A DNA stretch of 64,000 nucleotides from positions 92,651-156,650 of the forward strand of contig CAZRJH010000001.1 of NCBI GenBank assembly GCA_964600575.1, read 5' to 3'. The stretch comes from an uncultured Gammaproteobacteria bacterium. Its GTDB lineage: Bacteria > Patescibacteriota > Microgenomatia > UBA8517. Shown piece after piece: positions 39,486 through 48,967 of this stretch; position 1 is the first letter of the stretch, and each line of letters begins with the position of its first letter. Position numbers and translations under genes: made by a program. The notes beneath the pieces are model-generated. The model did not search any database and was not told the DNA's origin. It saw only the letters and a list, made by a program, of their open reading frames with translations.

Positions 39486-40583
39486 TCAAACTAAATCTAC
39501 GGGTTTGTTGGCTTTGCCGTTAGCCTTATCTCGTTTAATTTCAGCAAAGGCGTTAGTGTCGTTTCTTTCTCCTTTGCCGCCCGCCCAGTTGGGGGGAGTT
39601 GTAAAGTCTGGGTGCCAGGGAAGTTTAGAAAAAAGTCCGACATTTTGGTTTGTTAAAGGTGTGTAAAGTCTTGTTGTGTGGGATTCTTTCATTGTGGCGT
39701 AAACCATTAGCCATAAAGCATCCGGGTTAAGTTGAACTTTTACAAACCCTCGTTGGCTGTACATTGTTGCCGATTCTCCTAAATCGTTGTTGCTTTTGTC
39801 TGTTCTGGCATTGGGGCCAGTTGCCAGAACTCTTCCTATTTTGTAGACACCTACGGACTTGCTTACATCAAAGACGGAAATGTTTTCGATCTTGCGGTTG
39901 TTTCTGGGTTCTCCCGGCATTAGATCGGAACTAAAGAATAGGTTGGCAAAAACATCCTTGTGTCCTTTTATAAATTCATAAAATCTGTCATTTACTTCCA
40001 ATGTTTTGTTAAGGGGTAGAGAAATCGTAAGATGAAATCTTTCGGGATACTTTAGAGCTAGACCAACCAACCCTAAGAGTTTTTCTTCGTCGTTGGGCCT
40101 GTAGTTTGTAACTATTTTGATTTTTTTATCTCCCGTTTTTTCCAAAATCATTTGTGTAATCTTGACGGCTTCGGGATGGTCTTGGACGTCACCAGCGGAA
40201 CCGATACGCAGTTTAGGAGAAAGCATTTCTATAAATTTAGGTTCAGAAAAAAGTCTTTCCAACGATTCGGCTGTAAACATTTTCGAAGGTATGGCGGCCG
40301 CGGCCAGACACGTATCACATTGTCTTCCGCATCCGTTTAAAACATCCATCATTCTTATTGTTCCTTTAAGTATGGGGTTGTCAAAAAAGGGAGCCATTAA
40401 AGCATAGGCATCAACTGCTCCCGAGCTTGATAAAGACTCACGGGAAACTCTTGATTGGACATTGTAGATTACGGGGGTAGAATACCAGCCGTGGATTTCT
40501 ACACCTTTGGCCTCATCTAGGTCCAAAAGCGCCTCTACCTCTACTGGTAGGCTAGTGTTTTGATAGGAAGAAAAACGCTCCAT
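39486..40583 (-). CDS. radical SAM superfamily protein (orphan)
   Basis: GCGRQCDTC (CX3CX2C), SAGD, IVTNY, ISLP. Confidence 0.65.
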   Translation of the reverse strand: MERFSSYQNTSLPVEVEALLDLDEAKGVEIHGWYSTPVIYNVQSRVSRESLSSSGAVDAYALMAPFFDNPILKGTIRMMDVLNGCGRQCDTCLAAAAIPSKMFTAESLERLFSEPKFIEMLSPKLRIGSAGDVQDHPEAVKITQMILEKTGDKKIKIVTNYRPNDEEKLLGLVGLALKYPERFHLTISLPLNKTLEVNDRFYEFIKGHKDVFANLFFSSDLMPGEPRNNRKIENISVFDVSKSVGVYKIGRVLATGPNARTDKSNNDLGESATMYSQRGFVKVQLNPDALWLMVYATMKESHTTRLYTPLTNQNVGLFSKLPWHPDFTTPPNWAGGKGERNDTNAFAEIKRDKANGKANKPVDLV

Positions 40584-40691
40584 TGCTTATTATATACTAT
40601 AGGGTCTAAAAAATCAAGTTTTTATCTCTTTCGTTTATCAAATATCAAGAGTAACCAAACCCTTGAAATCTGGTAAAATTACACTCGTTCT

Positions 40692-42110
40692 ATGGCTAAC
40701 AATAATGTTGTGATTAGGTTCGATAATGTTTCTTTTCAATATAGCGAAGCTAAACCTATTTTGGACGAGGCTAATTTTAGCGTGCGTAAAAATTCAATAG
40801 TGACGATAATAGGCCAAAACGGAGCAGGAAAAAGCACCATATTTAAGCTTCTGTTGGGAAAACTAAAACCCGATAGCGGAAAGATAAATCTGGAACTTGG
40901 AACAACTATTGGGATTGCGGAGCAAATGGTGCCTGCAGACAAAACAGAGCTTAGTGTTTTGGAATATTTTAAAACCGCATTACCGGACAAAGAATACGGT
41001 ATAGAAGGGGTAATCCAAAAAACTTTAGAGAGAGTTAACTTTCAAGTGGATTTAGCCAAAAAAGTAAAAGAGTTGTCAGGCGGCCAAAAAGCCAGGTTAC
41101 TTCTAGCCTACGCTTTAATTACACACCCCACAGTCCTTTTGCTGGATGAACCTACAAACAATTTGGACAAGGCTGGAATTGCGGAACTGACTATATTTTT
41201 AATGAATTACGAAAAAACGTGTATTGTAATTTCCCACGATGCCGACTTTTTGAACTGTTTTACCGACGGAGTTTTAAATTTGGATATTCATACAAAAAAG
41301 GTGGAACAGTTTGTTGGTAATTACTATGATGTTATCAACGAAATAGAAGCAAAGTTGGAGCGGGACAGACAGCAAAATGCCCGTTTAGAAAGAAGCATAA
41401 AAGAACGCTTTGTAAAAATTAACAAACTAAGCGGCAAAAGCATTGCCATGAGTCAGTTAGCTCGCAGAATTCGTAAAGACATAGACGAAGACAGGGAAAG
41501 TGCCGTGGAAATTAGACGCGAAGATAAAACAATTCCGGACTTTGAAATACCAAATCAGGAATATGTCGGTTTTATTATTAGGATTAAAGAACCTATTGTC
41601 ACGGAGTTGTCAAAAGGGGTTAGGTTAATGATTAAAGGCCCGAACGGAATCGGAAAAAGCACTCTGTTAAGAAAAATTCTATTGGGAGAAGCGGCAGAAA
41701 TTAATCCAAAGATTAGGGTTGGTTATTACAGCCAAGACTTTTCCGAATTGGATTTTGATCAAACCGGTTTTGAATCTCTTCATGATGTCTCTCCGGAAGC
41801 TAAAGATCAAGAAATTTACGCTGCAGGAGCGCGGTTTTTGTTAACAGGAGAAATTCTAAAAACTAAAATAGCGTCGCTATCCGAAGGACAAAAAGGCCTC
41901 CTTTGTTATGCAAGGCTTTTTTTGCAAAAACCCGGGCTTTTGATTTTGGACGAGCCGACTAACCATATTAATTTTAGACATATTCCCGTGATAACCAAAG
42001 CAGTGGATGATTACGAAGGGCCGATAATTTTTGTGAGTCATTTAGCGGATTTTTACGAGAAAATAAAAAATGTACGCGAAGTCGATTTGGAAAAGTTGTC
42101 TCAAGCTTAA
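40692..42110 (+). CDS. ABC-F family ATPase
   Basis: Two NBDs (GQNGAGKST/LSGGQ/LDEPTN; GPNGIGKST/LSEGQ/LDEPTNH), no TM segments. Confidence 0.92.
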   Translation: MANNNVVIRFDNVSFQYSEAKPILDEANFSVRKNSIVTIIGQNGAGKSTIFKLLLGKLKPDSGKINLELGTTIGIAEQMVPADKTELSVLEYFKTALPDKEYGIEGVIQKTLERVNFQVDLAKKVKELSGGQKARLLLAYALITHPTVLLLDEPTNNLDKAGIAELTIFLMNYEKTCIVISHDADFLNCFTDGVLNLDIHTKKVEQFVGNYYDVINEIEAKLERDRQQNARLERSIKERFVKINKLSGKSIAMSQLARRIRKDIDEDRESAVEIRREDKTIPDFEIPNQEYVGFIIRIKEPIVTELSKGVRLMIKGPNGIGKSTLLRKILLGEAAEINPKIRVGYYSQDFSELDFDQTGFESLHDVSPEAKDQEIYAAGARFLLTGEILKTKIASLSEGQKGLLCYARLFLQKPGLLILDEPTNHINFRHIPVITKAVDDYEGPIIFVSHLADFYEKIKNVREVDLEKLSQA

Positions 42111-42115
42111 TTCGA

Positions 42116-42670
42116 CTATCTTCCCCCCATCAATTTGTTGTACCGCCAAGACATAGGGACATTACCGCCATATTTGGTGTCTTTGTGATCTCTGGTTTTA
42201 CTAAAACCCAAACGAGTATAGTATTCAACAATCTTATTCAGCTGGGTAGTTTGTTCGCCGTCTTCGTAGCCGTAAGGAGAGGCCTTCAAACTTATGTAGT
42301 CAAATTTGTTTTGAAGCTCTTTTATAAGCTTTATACCTTCTCCTGGGGAAGCAGAAAAAACCCATCTAAGCTCCAGGTCTTTTTTGTCTTTAAAGCCAAA
42401 CGCAGCCGCCTCGGTATTTTCTCCGTGTTGAGAAAAAAGAAAATACAGGGGTTTCTCGGCTGTTGCTTTTTGAGCCAGAGAGTCTATTGCCTCATCAGGG
42501 GGATATTTTTTGTCGGGGTTTTGGCTTCGCAGCAAGTTTAGAACGGATTTAACTTTATCGAGTGATGTCTCTATATCTTCGTTGTTTTTTGCCACAGTTT
42601 CTACAATTAAAGATTTCTCCTGTTCCTCGATGGGGATCATAAATACTGCGTTTGTTTCTTGCTTGTCCAT
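42116..42670 (-). CDS. GNAT-like protein
   Basis: ELRWVFS..GEGIKLI..YYTRLGF. Confidence 0.6.
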   Translation of the reverse strand: MDKQETNAVFMIPIEEQEKSLIVETVAKNNEDIETSLDKVKSVLNLLRSQNPDKKYPPDEAIDSLAQKATAEKPLYFLFSQHGENTEAAAFGFKDKKDLELRWVFSASPGEGIKLIKELQNKFDYISLKASPYGYEDGEQTTQLNKIVEYYTRLGFSKTRDHKDTKYGGNVPMSWRYNKLMGGR

Positions 42671-42680
42671 TTTTTCGAAG

Positions 42681-43457
42681 TTATTTTGCGAAATCCAAAA
42701 TTGCTTTTGATTGATTCATAACAGATTCGTAGCCCAAAATGATTAACTTTTGAGAGTTTTGTTGTTTGAATTCCAAAAGGGATGTGTCTTCTTCGGTAAG
42801 ATTTAAGTTGACGGTAGGTTTATCTTTAGCAAATTCCGTTTTGTCCGCAATGTTTTGTTTCTGAAGAAAAGCTATAGAAGACAAAAGAATATCGGCAGTC
42901 GAACTTTTATCTGTTATGTGTTTAACGGGAGCGGTAATATCCGAAACAATCAGAGAATCAACCTCGTTTGCAATTAATGATATTGGAATATTGTTAATTA
43001 CGCCGCCGTCTACCAAAAAAGTCTCTCCGCGCTTTACGGGGTTAAATATTCCCGGAAGTGACATGGATGCCAAAAGTCCGGGGAATAATAAACCGCTATC
43101 AAAAATTACTTCCTGTTTGTTATTAAGGTCTGTTGCATTGAATTTTGTAGGAATTACAAGTTCTTCGAAACGGTTAGCTTTTACAAATTTCTTGACATAC
43201 ATAACAAGCTCTTGCATGTTATTCGGTTTTCTTCCCAAAATAATTGCTTTTACAATCTCCGTAAAATCTATACTTGCAACAACTTCCTCCAAATTTATAT
43301 TCGGATCTTTTGCAAACATTGTGCCGATCATGGCACCAATCGAACAGCCCGCAATGCTGTCAATTTTTACTTTTAATCTCTGAAGCGCCATGAGAGCCCC
43401 GATATGGAAAAACCCCCGTGCCCCACCACCGCTCAATACCAAACCAACCTTGTTCAT
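42681..43457 (-). CDS. patatin-like phospholipase
   Basis: LSGGGARG, GCSIG, DGG motifs. Confidence 0.93.
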   Translation of the reverse strand: MNKVGLVLSGGGARGFFHIGALMALQRLKVKIDSIAGCSIGAMIGTMFAKDPNINLEEVVASIDFTEIVKAIILGRKPNNMQELVMYVKKFVKANRFEELVIPTKFNATDLNNKQEVIFDSGLLFPGLLASMSLPGIFNPVKRGETFLVDGGVINNIPISLIANEVDSLIVSDITAPVKHITDKSSTADILLSSIAFLQKQNIADKTEFAKDKPTVNLNLTEEDTSLLEFKQQNSQKLIILGYESVMNQSKAILDFAK

Positions 43458-43513
43458 AAAAGCAGTATATCAGCTGAATACTATTCAAGTTATACCTTTG
43501 ATATACTGATGGC

Positions 43514-44452
43514 GTGGACAAGCAAAAGATACTCATAACTGATTCGCTTTTTATATTTAAAGAGCACGAAGACCAGTTAATTGATGCCGGCTTTGATATT
43601 GAAAGATTGGATAAACCAGAACCCTCCGAAGATGAACTGATTAACGCTATCAAAGGTAAGGCAGGATATATTCTTGGGGGCATTGAACATGTAACAGAAA
43701 GGGTTATTGCTGCGGCCGATAGTTTAAAAGCTATTACTTTCACTGGAATAGACTATAAGAGCTACATTCCCGCTTGGGAAAAGGCTATTGCCAAAGGTAT
43801 AAGTATAAGCAACGTTCCCGACGGGCCCACCGACGCTGTTGCGGAATGGTCTATCACAATGGCATTGGCAATGAACAGATCAATTTTTGATTTGGGGAGA
43901 ATTGGGGATAAAAAGTTTCAAACCTCCAAAGGCCTTAAGGGTCAGCATATTGGGTTGGTTGGTTTTGGTAGAATCGGTAAAAAAATTGCGGAAATGGCAA
44001 GCGTTTTTGCCCCTGCTTCGATATCTTTTTTTAATAGATCTAAAAATTTAGAATCAGGTAGCGGAGGGGTGGTATACAAAGAAATTGATAAGATTTTTTC
44101 CGAAAGTGATATTGTCTTTTTGTGCGTTCCCAAAAGTGTGGGAGATAACTTTATAAACAAGGAGTTGTTAGCTTTAATGAAGGAGGGTTCTCTTGTCGTT
44201 AATATGACTCACCCGGGTGTGGTGGATCAAATGGCTTTATTGGAAAGATTAAAGGATAAAAGTTTAAGGGCAGTATCCGATTATCCGTTCACGATTGAAG
44301 GTTACAGTGACTTGCCTCTTGGAGTTTGGTACTGCTTCAACGATTCGAACGCATTTAATACTTTTAGTTCAATTAAGAAAACAAGTGATGTTGCCACTAA
44401 GTCCATTATCAACTTAATCAAAACTGGGGAAGATGCGTACAAAGCAAGTTGA
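43514..44452 (+). CDS. D-isomer specific 2-hydroxyacid dehydrogenase family protein
   Basis: AVAEW, GLVGFGRIG, MKEGSLVVN; canonical Arg/Glu/His catalytic residues appear altered. Confidence 0.8.
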   Translation: MDKQKILITDSLFIFKEHEDQLIDAGFDIERLDKPEPSEDELINAIKGKAGYILGGIEHVTERVIAAADSLKAITFTGIDYKSYIPAWEKAIAKGISISNVPDGPTDAVAEWSITMALAMNRSIFDLGRIGDKKFQTSKGLKGQHIGLVGFGRIGKKIAEMASVFAPASISFFNRSKNLESGSGGVVYKEIDKIFSESDIVFLCVPKSVGDNFINKELLALMKEGSLVVNMTHPGVVDQMALLERLKDKSLRAVSDYPFTIEGYSDLPLGVWYCFNDSNAFNTFSSIKKTSDVATKSIINLIKTGEDAYKAS

Positions 44453-44456
44453 TTAA

Positions 44457-44888
44457 TTACCTCTTTTTTTCTAAATACTCATTAACCCCCCGTAACCAGC
44501 CGCCCGTAAAATACTCTTCGGGTTTAAAACTATTTATATCCGCCCACAGTATTTCTGTATGATGACTTGCAATTGCAATTTCGCCGCTGTCAAAAGTCGC
44601 TTGGTAACCTACTGCAAATATTCTTACGGTTGGGTTTCCTGGTGCGGATTCTACTCGTTCATGTCTCATAAACACAATAGGTTCACCTAAAGTATATTTA
44701 AAGTTATTTCCCAATTCTTCGGACATTTTTCTGGAGACTATTTGCTCTAACGGAGTTTCGAATTCGTCTTTTTTGATACGGCCTCCCGGGATATCCCACT
44801 GTCCAAACCCGTCTTTTAAGATTAAGAACTTATTATCTTTTTCCAAAAAGACTTTAACCGCAACAAAATACTGATCTTTTTCGGCCAC
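44457..44888 (-). CDS. NUDIX hydrolase
   Basis: WDIPGGRI..RKMSEELG Nudix box variant. Confidence 0.82.
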   Translation of the reverse strand: MAEKDQYFVAVKVFLEKDNKFLILKDGFGQWDIPGGRIKKDEFETPLEQIVSRKMSEELGNNFKYTLGEPIVFMRHERVESAPGNPTVRIFAVGYQATFDSGEIAIASHHTEILWADINSFKPEEYFTGGWLRGVNEYLEKKR

Positions 44889-44929
44889 AGTAAATTATAG
44901 CAGTAAAAAATAAATCTAAGTTTTTTAGC

Positions 44930-45415
44930 TTAGCCTTGTGACTTTCTGAGGGAGTCTACTAATTCTTCGAATATAACCATATAAGTATCTTCGATGGCTT
45001 TTGTGATTTTGTCGGACTTAAAATCCTCGTCGGGATTTTTTGCTATAGCAAGCAAGGTTGCAATTATTAAGCTTTCGCCCGCAACCGTTCTGGGTTCTCC
45101 GGCCTCGCGTCCGCCGTTTTTTTCGATTTCCTGCAATTCCCTAACGATCTTTTTGTAATCCACAGACAGACTTGTGCGTAAACCGTAAGCTTCGAGTGTT
45201 TCCTCAACGAGTTTTGTTCGTGCTATAGGTAGCATAGATTCGTATATTTCATCGAATCTGCTCTCATCCTCGCCGGCTATGGCAAATGTTTCTATCATAG
45301 CCAGATTAATGGGTTCAAGTTCAAGAAAGTTTTTAATGTCACCGTTTGTGCTACCGGCAGCTCTGGACATTTGTATTACACTTAACGCCTTTTGAGTATA
45401 TTTACTGTCTTCCAT
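44930..45415 (-). CDS. hypothetical protein
   Basis: 161-aa ORF, TAAAAT 6 nt upstream of ATG. Confidence 0.6.
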   Translation of the reverse strand: MEDSKYTQKALSVIQMSRAAGSTNGDIKNFLELEPINLAMIETFAIAGEDESRFDEIYESMLPIARTKLVEETLEAYGLRTSLSVDYKKIVRELQEIEKNGGREAGEPRTVAGESLIIATLLAIAKNPDEDFKSDKITKAIEDTYMVIFEELVDSLRKSQG

Positions 45416-45461
45416 AAGTCGATTTTAACAAATATTTTAATCCACTTCTATTTATAGGGTT

Positions 45462-45989
45462 TTATAAAATTGAGGTTGGGCCGGTTCTTTTTGCTGACAG
45501 AACATAACCTATATATTTTTCCATTCGAGGAAGTGCTTTACCCTCTAAGTTGGAAAAGTATATTTCCGTTGTAAATTTTTTGGCTAATAATGATTTTTTA
45601 AGTGGGCTTTTGTCCAAGTCACCCGAGATAACAAGGTTTTGAATAGATTTAAGTTTTTCTAATAAAGAACCATCAAAAAGTTCGATGTTTTTAACAAAAA
45701 CAACTGTTTTGGCGTCGATACCGTCGTTTAATACTTTTATAAACTGGTAGTATTTATCTTTAGTGAAAAACTTTGCATTTGCGTATTTTCCACCGACTTC
45801 TTTTAAAAATTCCTCTTCGGCCATGGGGTAGCCGCATAGGAATAAGATGTTGTGTTCCGCGGAATAATAATTGGCAGCAAGAATTATTGTGTAAAGCGAA
45901 GCACCCGAGCCTTCATTGCCGTGAATAAGTGTCGGCAAAATATCAGTTGTTGGTTCAATAATATCTCCGTTTAGAAGTACTTTTCTCAC
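45462..45989 (-). CDS. hypothetical protein with degenerate P-loop
   Basis: LIHGNEGSGAS (no Lys). Confidence 0.6.
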   Translation of the reverse strand: MRKVLLNGDIIEPTTDILPTLIHGNEGSGASLYTIILAANYYSAEHNILFLCGYPMAEEEFLKEVGGKYANAKFFTKDKYYQFIKVLNDGIDAKTVVFVKNIELFDGSLLEKLKSIQNLVISGDLDKSPLKKSLLAKKFTTEIYFSNLEGKALPRMEKYIGYVLSAKRTGPTSIL

Positions 45990-46017
45990 TATCTAAATAA
46001 TAGCAGACAAAATAAGG

Positions 46018-46122
46018 GAAGTTTGGGTGGCTGACGCGATTCGTGCACACAACAGTTACATTATTTAGTGCTATCGAATAAGACGGACTCACAAACGAAG
46101 TTTGGGTGGCTGACGCGATTCG
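46018..46122. repeat. 26-bp direct repeat of the tRNA-His 3' end (att-like)
   Basis: GAAGTTTGGGTGGCTGACGCGATTCG at 46018-46043 and 46097-46122. Confidence 0.9.
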
Positions 46123-46179
46123 AACGCGCGACCCTCAGATCCACAATCTGATGCTCTAACCAGCTGAGCTACAGCCACC
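46105..46179 (-). tRNA. tRNA-His(GTG)
   Basis: G-1, GTGGCTG/CAGCCAC acceptor with C73; anticodon loop TTGTGGA; GTTCGAATC T-loop. Confidence 0.96.
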
Positions 46180-46541
46180 TCGTCTAAGCAAGCTACGCTG
46201 GCGACTTGTTTTGTAAACAAACCAAATCTTTACGCTTCGCTGCTTCTCCTCTCAAAATCCTACGGATTTTGTTAAAAAGCCGAAAAAATAAAGAGGACAG
46301 GCATATTTTATCACACAAAACTTAAAACTCCGTGCTAACGTACGATAGGTTAAGTTTCCGAGCAACAGCGAGGTAGACCAACAGTTTGTGTGACAAATAC
46401 CCGACCGGAGGTCGTGGGATGCCATCACCTGCGGGGAAAATGGCCAAGTAAGGTATCAAATCCTATAATTTTGACTTAAACATTGTTTTAGGCTAAAATT
46501 CAGCCTTGGTTTTTACTTGTACATTTATTTAAGGAGGCTGT

Positions 46542-47138
46542 ATGGAGGAACATACATACAAGTTTGATCCCGATGTTGTTACCGTTGGGCTCTTTGGAAC
46601 TTGTGATACAAGCACATGGCGCGAGCCGTTTATTGCCAGATACCGCAAACTTGGGATTCGATTTTTTAATCCCCAAGTTCCTTCGGGTCAATGGCAGGAC
46701 TGGATGAAGGAGAACGAACGCGTTCACCTTTATAACGACCATGTTATCTTGTTTCCGGTTTTGGCGGAGTCTTACGGAGTTGGTTCACTTGGGGAGACGG
46801 GATTTTCCGTTCTTCAGGCTGTATCCAATTTGCATCGCGATGTTGTAGTCTTGATCGAGCAGTCGATAACACCCGAACTTGTGGAAAAAAATCCCGAAAT
46901 GGCCAAAGCCAGTATTCGCGGAAGGCGCCTTGTTGCCGAGCATCTTAAGGGTATTAGCCGCAAACAGATCACAAACGAAGATATGCCGCATCTTTATGTG
47001 GTAGAGAAAATGGACGATCTTTTGGACTTGAGTTTAACTCTCTATCATTCGCAAGTTGCGATTCACGAAGCACGCAGACTTATGAGGCACGCAAGTGAAC
47101 TTCGCATTCCCTACGAAGCCCACGTTATTGCCAAGTAG
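46542..47138 (+). CDS. nucleoside 2-deoxyribosyltransferase-like protein
   Basis: VGLFGTC..STWRE..FFNPQV..W..E..GSLGE; promoter TTGACT-17-TAAAAT; SD AAGGAGG. Confidence 0.7.
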   Translation: MEEHTYKFDPDVVTVGLFGTCDTSTWREPFIARYRKLGIRFFNPQVPSGQWQDWMKENERVHLYNDHVILFPVLAESYGVGSLGETGFSVLQAVSNLHRDVVVLIEQSITPELVEKNPEMAKASIRGRRLVAEHLKGISRKQITNEDMPHLYVVEKMDDLLDLSLTLYHSQVAIHEARRLMRHASELRIPYEAHVIAK

Positions 47139-47182
47139 AAAATTATTTTAGAAGTATTTAGGGAACCGCCCGGTTTGGGATA

Positions 47183-48052
47183 TTATCCTAGGCCGGGTTT
47201 TTTGTTGGCGAAATCCTTTGTCCATGAATGTGTGGTTTGTAAGTCGTTAAAAGTAAATATTCTCATTGCTTGTAACGAGTTTGGGTTTGATAGTTCACCC
47301 AAAAACTTGTTGGGGTCGTAACTTCCCAGTGTGCTTGCAACAATATCCGTTGAATATTTAATTTTTCTTAGGAAATGAGCACTTTCCGTAAATCCTATTT
47401 TTGCTGCAAAGTTGGCAACTGTTAACAAGTTAACGGGGCCGGCGCTTCCCAAAACCACAGGTAAAGTTATTCCGCGTGCCCTTTCTTTTTTAAGCCATGC
47501 CTCAAAAGCTATCGGATTAAAACACATTTGTGTAACCATACGCATATTTATTCCATACTTCTGTGCAAACTCTTGTTTCTCCATAAGTGCTCTGTCTAGG
47601 ATTTCGGTAGGGATAAGTTCGAAACCTTCGGGGTATGCGGCAACTTCTACAGTGTCAAAATCAACACCAATATCTCGAATTCCTCTTAAAACCTGCATTG
47701 CCGAGTCGAATTCTCCGATAGGGGCCTTACTGTCTCCCCCTATAACTAATATATTTCTTATTTTTTTGTAGTCCAGGACTTCCACTATCTCTTCCAAATG
47801 ATCTATATCCCTAATACTCCTTGCAGGTAGATGTACCATTAACTTATGGCCAAGGTCGGCGAGGTTTAGGGCTATTTCCAGACTTACCTCGATCGGTCTT
47901 TTTGTGGAGACGGTTACTGCAACTGTGTGATTATCCATTTGGTTAGCCTCAAAAAAAGGCAAAACACGCCTGTCAGGGAATACCTCGTAGGTGGAATGCT
48001 TTACAAGATTGTCTATGATAATTTCGTTTCCCGGGTCTCGTTCTTTGTACAT
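47183..48052 (-). CDS. metF: methylenetetrahydrofolate reductase family protein
   Basis: YEVFP, HLPAR, LVIGGD, AAYPEG, VTQMCF, IFTFN. Confidence 0.85.
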   Translation of the reverse strand: MYKERDPGNEIIIDNLVKHSTYEVFPDRRVLPFFEANQMDNHTVAVTVSTKRPIEVSLEIALNLADLGHKLMVHLPARSIRDIDHLEEIVEVLDYKKIRNILVIGGDSKAPIGEFDSAMQVLRGIRDIGVDFDTVEVAAYPEGFELIPTEILDRALMEKQEFAQKYGINMRMVTQMCFNPIAFEAWLKKERARGITLPVVLGSAGPVNLLTVANFAAKIGFTESAHFLRKIKYSTDIVASTLGSYDPNKFLGELSNPNSLQAMRIFTFNDLQTTHSWTKDFANKKPGLG

Positions 48053-48098
48053 AGGGCGTATTATACCAGTATTCTATAAAACCGCATAAATTATAGGA

Positions 48099-48932
48099 CT
48101 AATTGGATGCCGTGCGAGTCTCATATGGCCCTCGAAGCCTGTTTGGCAAAAGTTCGGAGACCCTGGCCATTATATTGTTAACAGCGGTGGTATCGTTGGA
48201 CTCGAATGCAAAAAAAGGAGTCCCTATGTTAACAAATATATTTTGACGCGAACCTTGGTGCCAAAAAGCCACAGGTACGGTACTTTTACCGATTTTGGCA
48301 GCTATTCTTGCCAAAGCTCCCGACCCGGCGTGAAAGCTCTCGGGCGGTGAAATTGCTTCGTTTACTTCTACATGGCCTTCGGGGGATATGGCAACTAGGT
48401 TTCCCTGATTTAACTTCCTCATAACTTTTCTTGCGGCGATGGCTCTACCAATTTCAAAATCTTTTCGGGTGGTTACCGTTGGGGCAGAGATAATGTTGTT
48501 CGGGTAAAGTTTATGTAAACGACTTAAAAGACTTTGCGAACCCGGGAAAGAAGTTTTGTCGTTAAGTTTGGCGGAGAGCATAACTTCGGATGCCATAACA
48601 ATAGAAACATCTTTACTTTGCACCTTTCTTACTTCTGCAATAAGCTTAAGCATCCCGGGAAGTAAAATGTCGTTATTCGGGTGATTAAAAGCTATTAGTC
48701 CGCCTTCGGGAATGTTTTCTAACCCCGATAGATTTACATTTACGCTTTTTGAATATTCATCAGAAAGTCTTAGGGCGTCATCTCCTAGATTTCTAAAATT
48801 AGTTCCTTTGATCATGTCACCTACAATTTCCACAGCTAATCCGCTATTGAAAAATTTAGCGGTTATTCCAGGGATTAATTTTAGTTCGGGAGAAAGCGGC
48901 ATGATTTTGTTTAGTGTTGTAAACGCAGACAA
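48099..48932 (-). CDS. lysophospholipid/glycerol-phosphate acyltransferase family protein (PlsC-like)
   Basis: SGLENIP..IAFNHPNND, ISPEGH, GALARIA..VPVA..V.IG.PF. Confidence 0.75.
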   Translation of the reverse strand: MSAFTTLNKIMPLSPELKLIPGITAKFFNSGLAVEIVGDMIKGTNFRNLGDDALRLSDEYSKSVNVNLSGLENIPEGGLIAFNHPNNDILLPGMLKLIAEVRKVQSKDVSIVMASEVMLSAKLNDKTSFPGSQSLLSRLHKLYPNNIISAPTVTTRKDFEIGRAIAARKVMRKLNQGNLVAISPEGHVEVNEAISPPESFHAGSGALARIAAKIGKSTVPVAFWHQGSRQNIFVNIGTPFFAFESNDTTAVNNIMARVSELLPNRLRGPYETRTASN

Positions 48933-48967
48933 GAGGAGTATATACTAAACTAATCGCTTTTTAGAAT

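Noticed and set aside
46018-46122. CRISPR-like repeat-spacer-repeat
   Set aside because: Only two copies, the repeat is the tRNA-His 3' end, and there are no cas genes.
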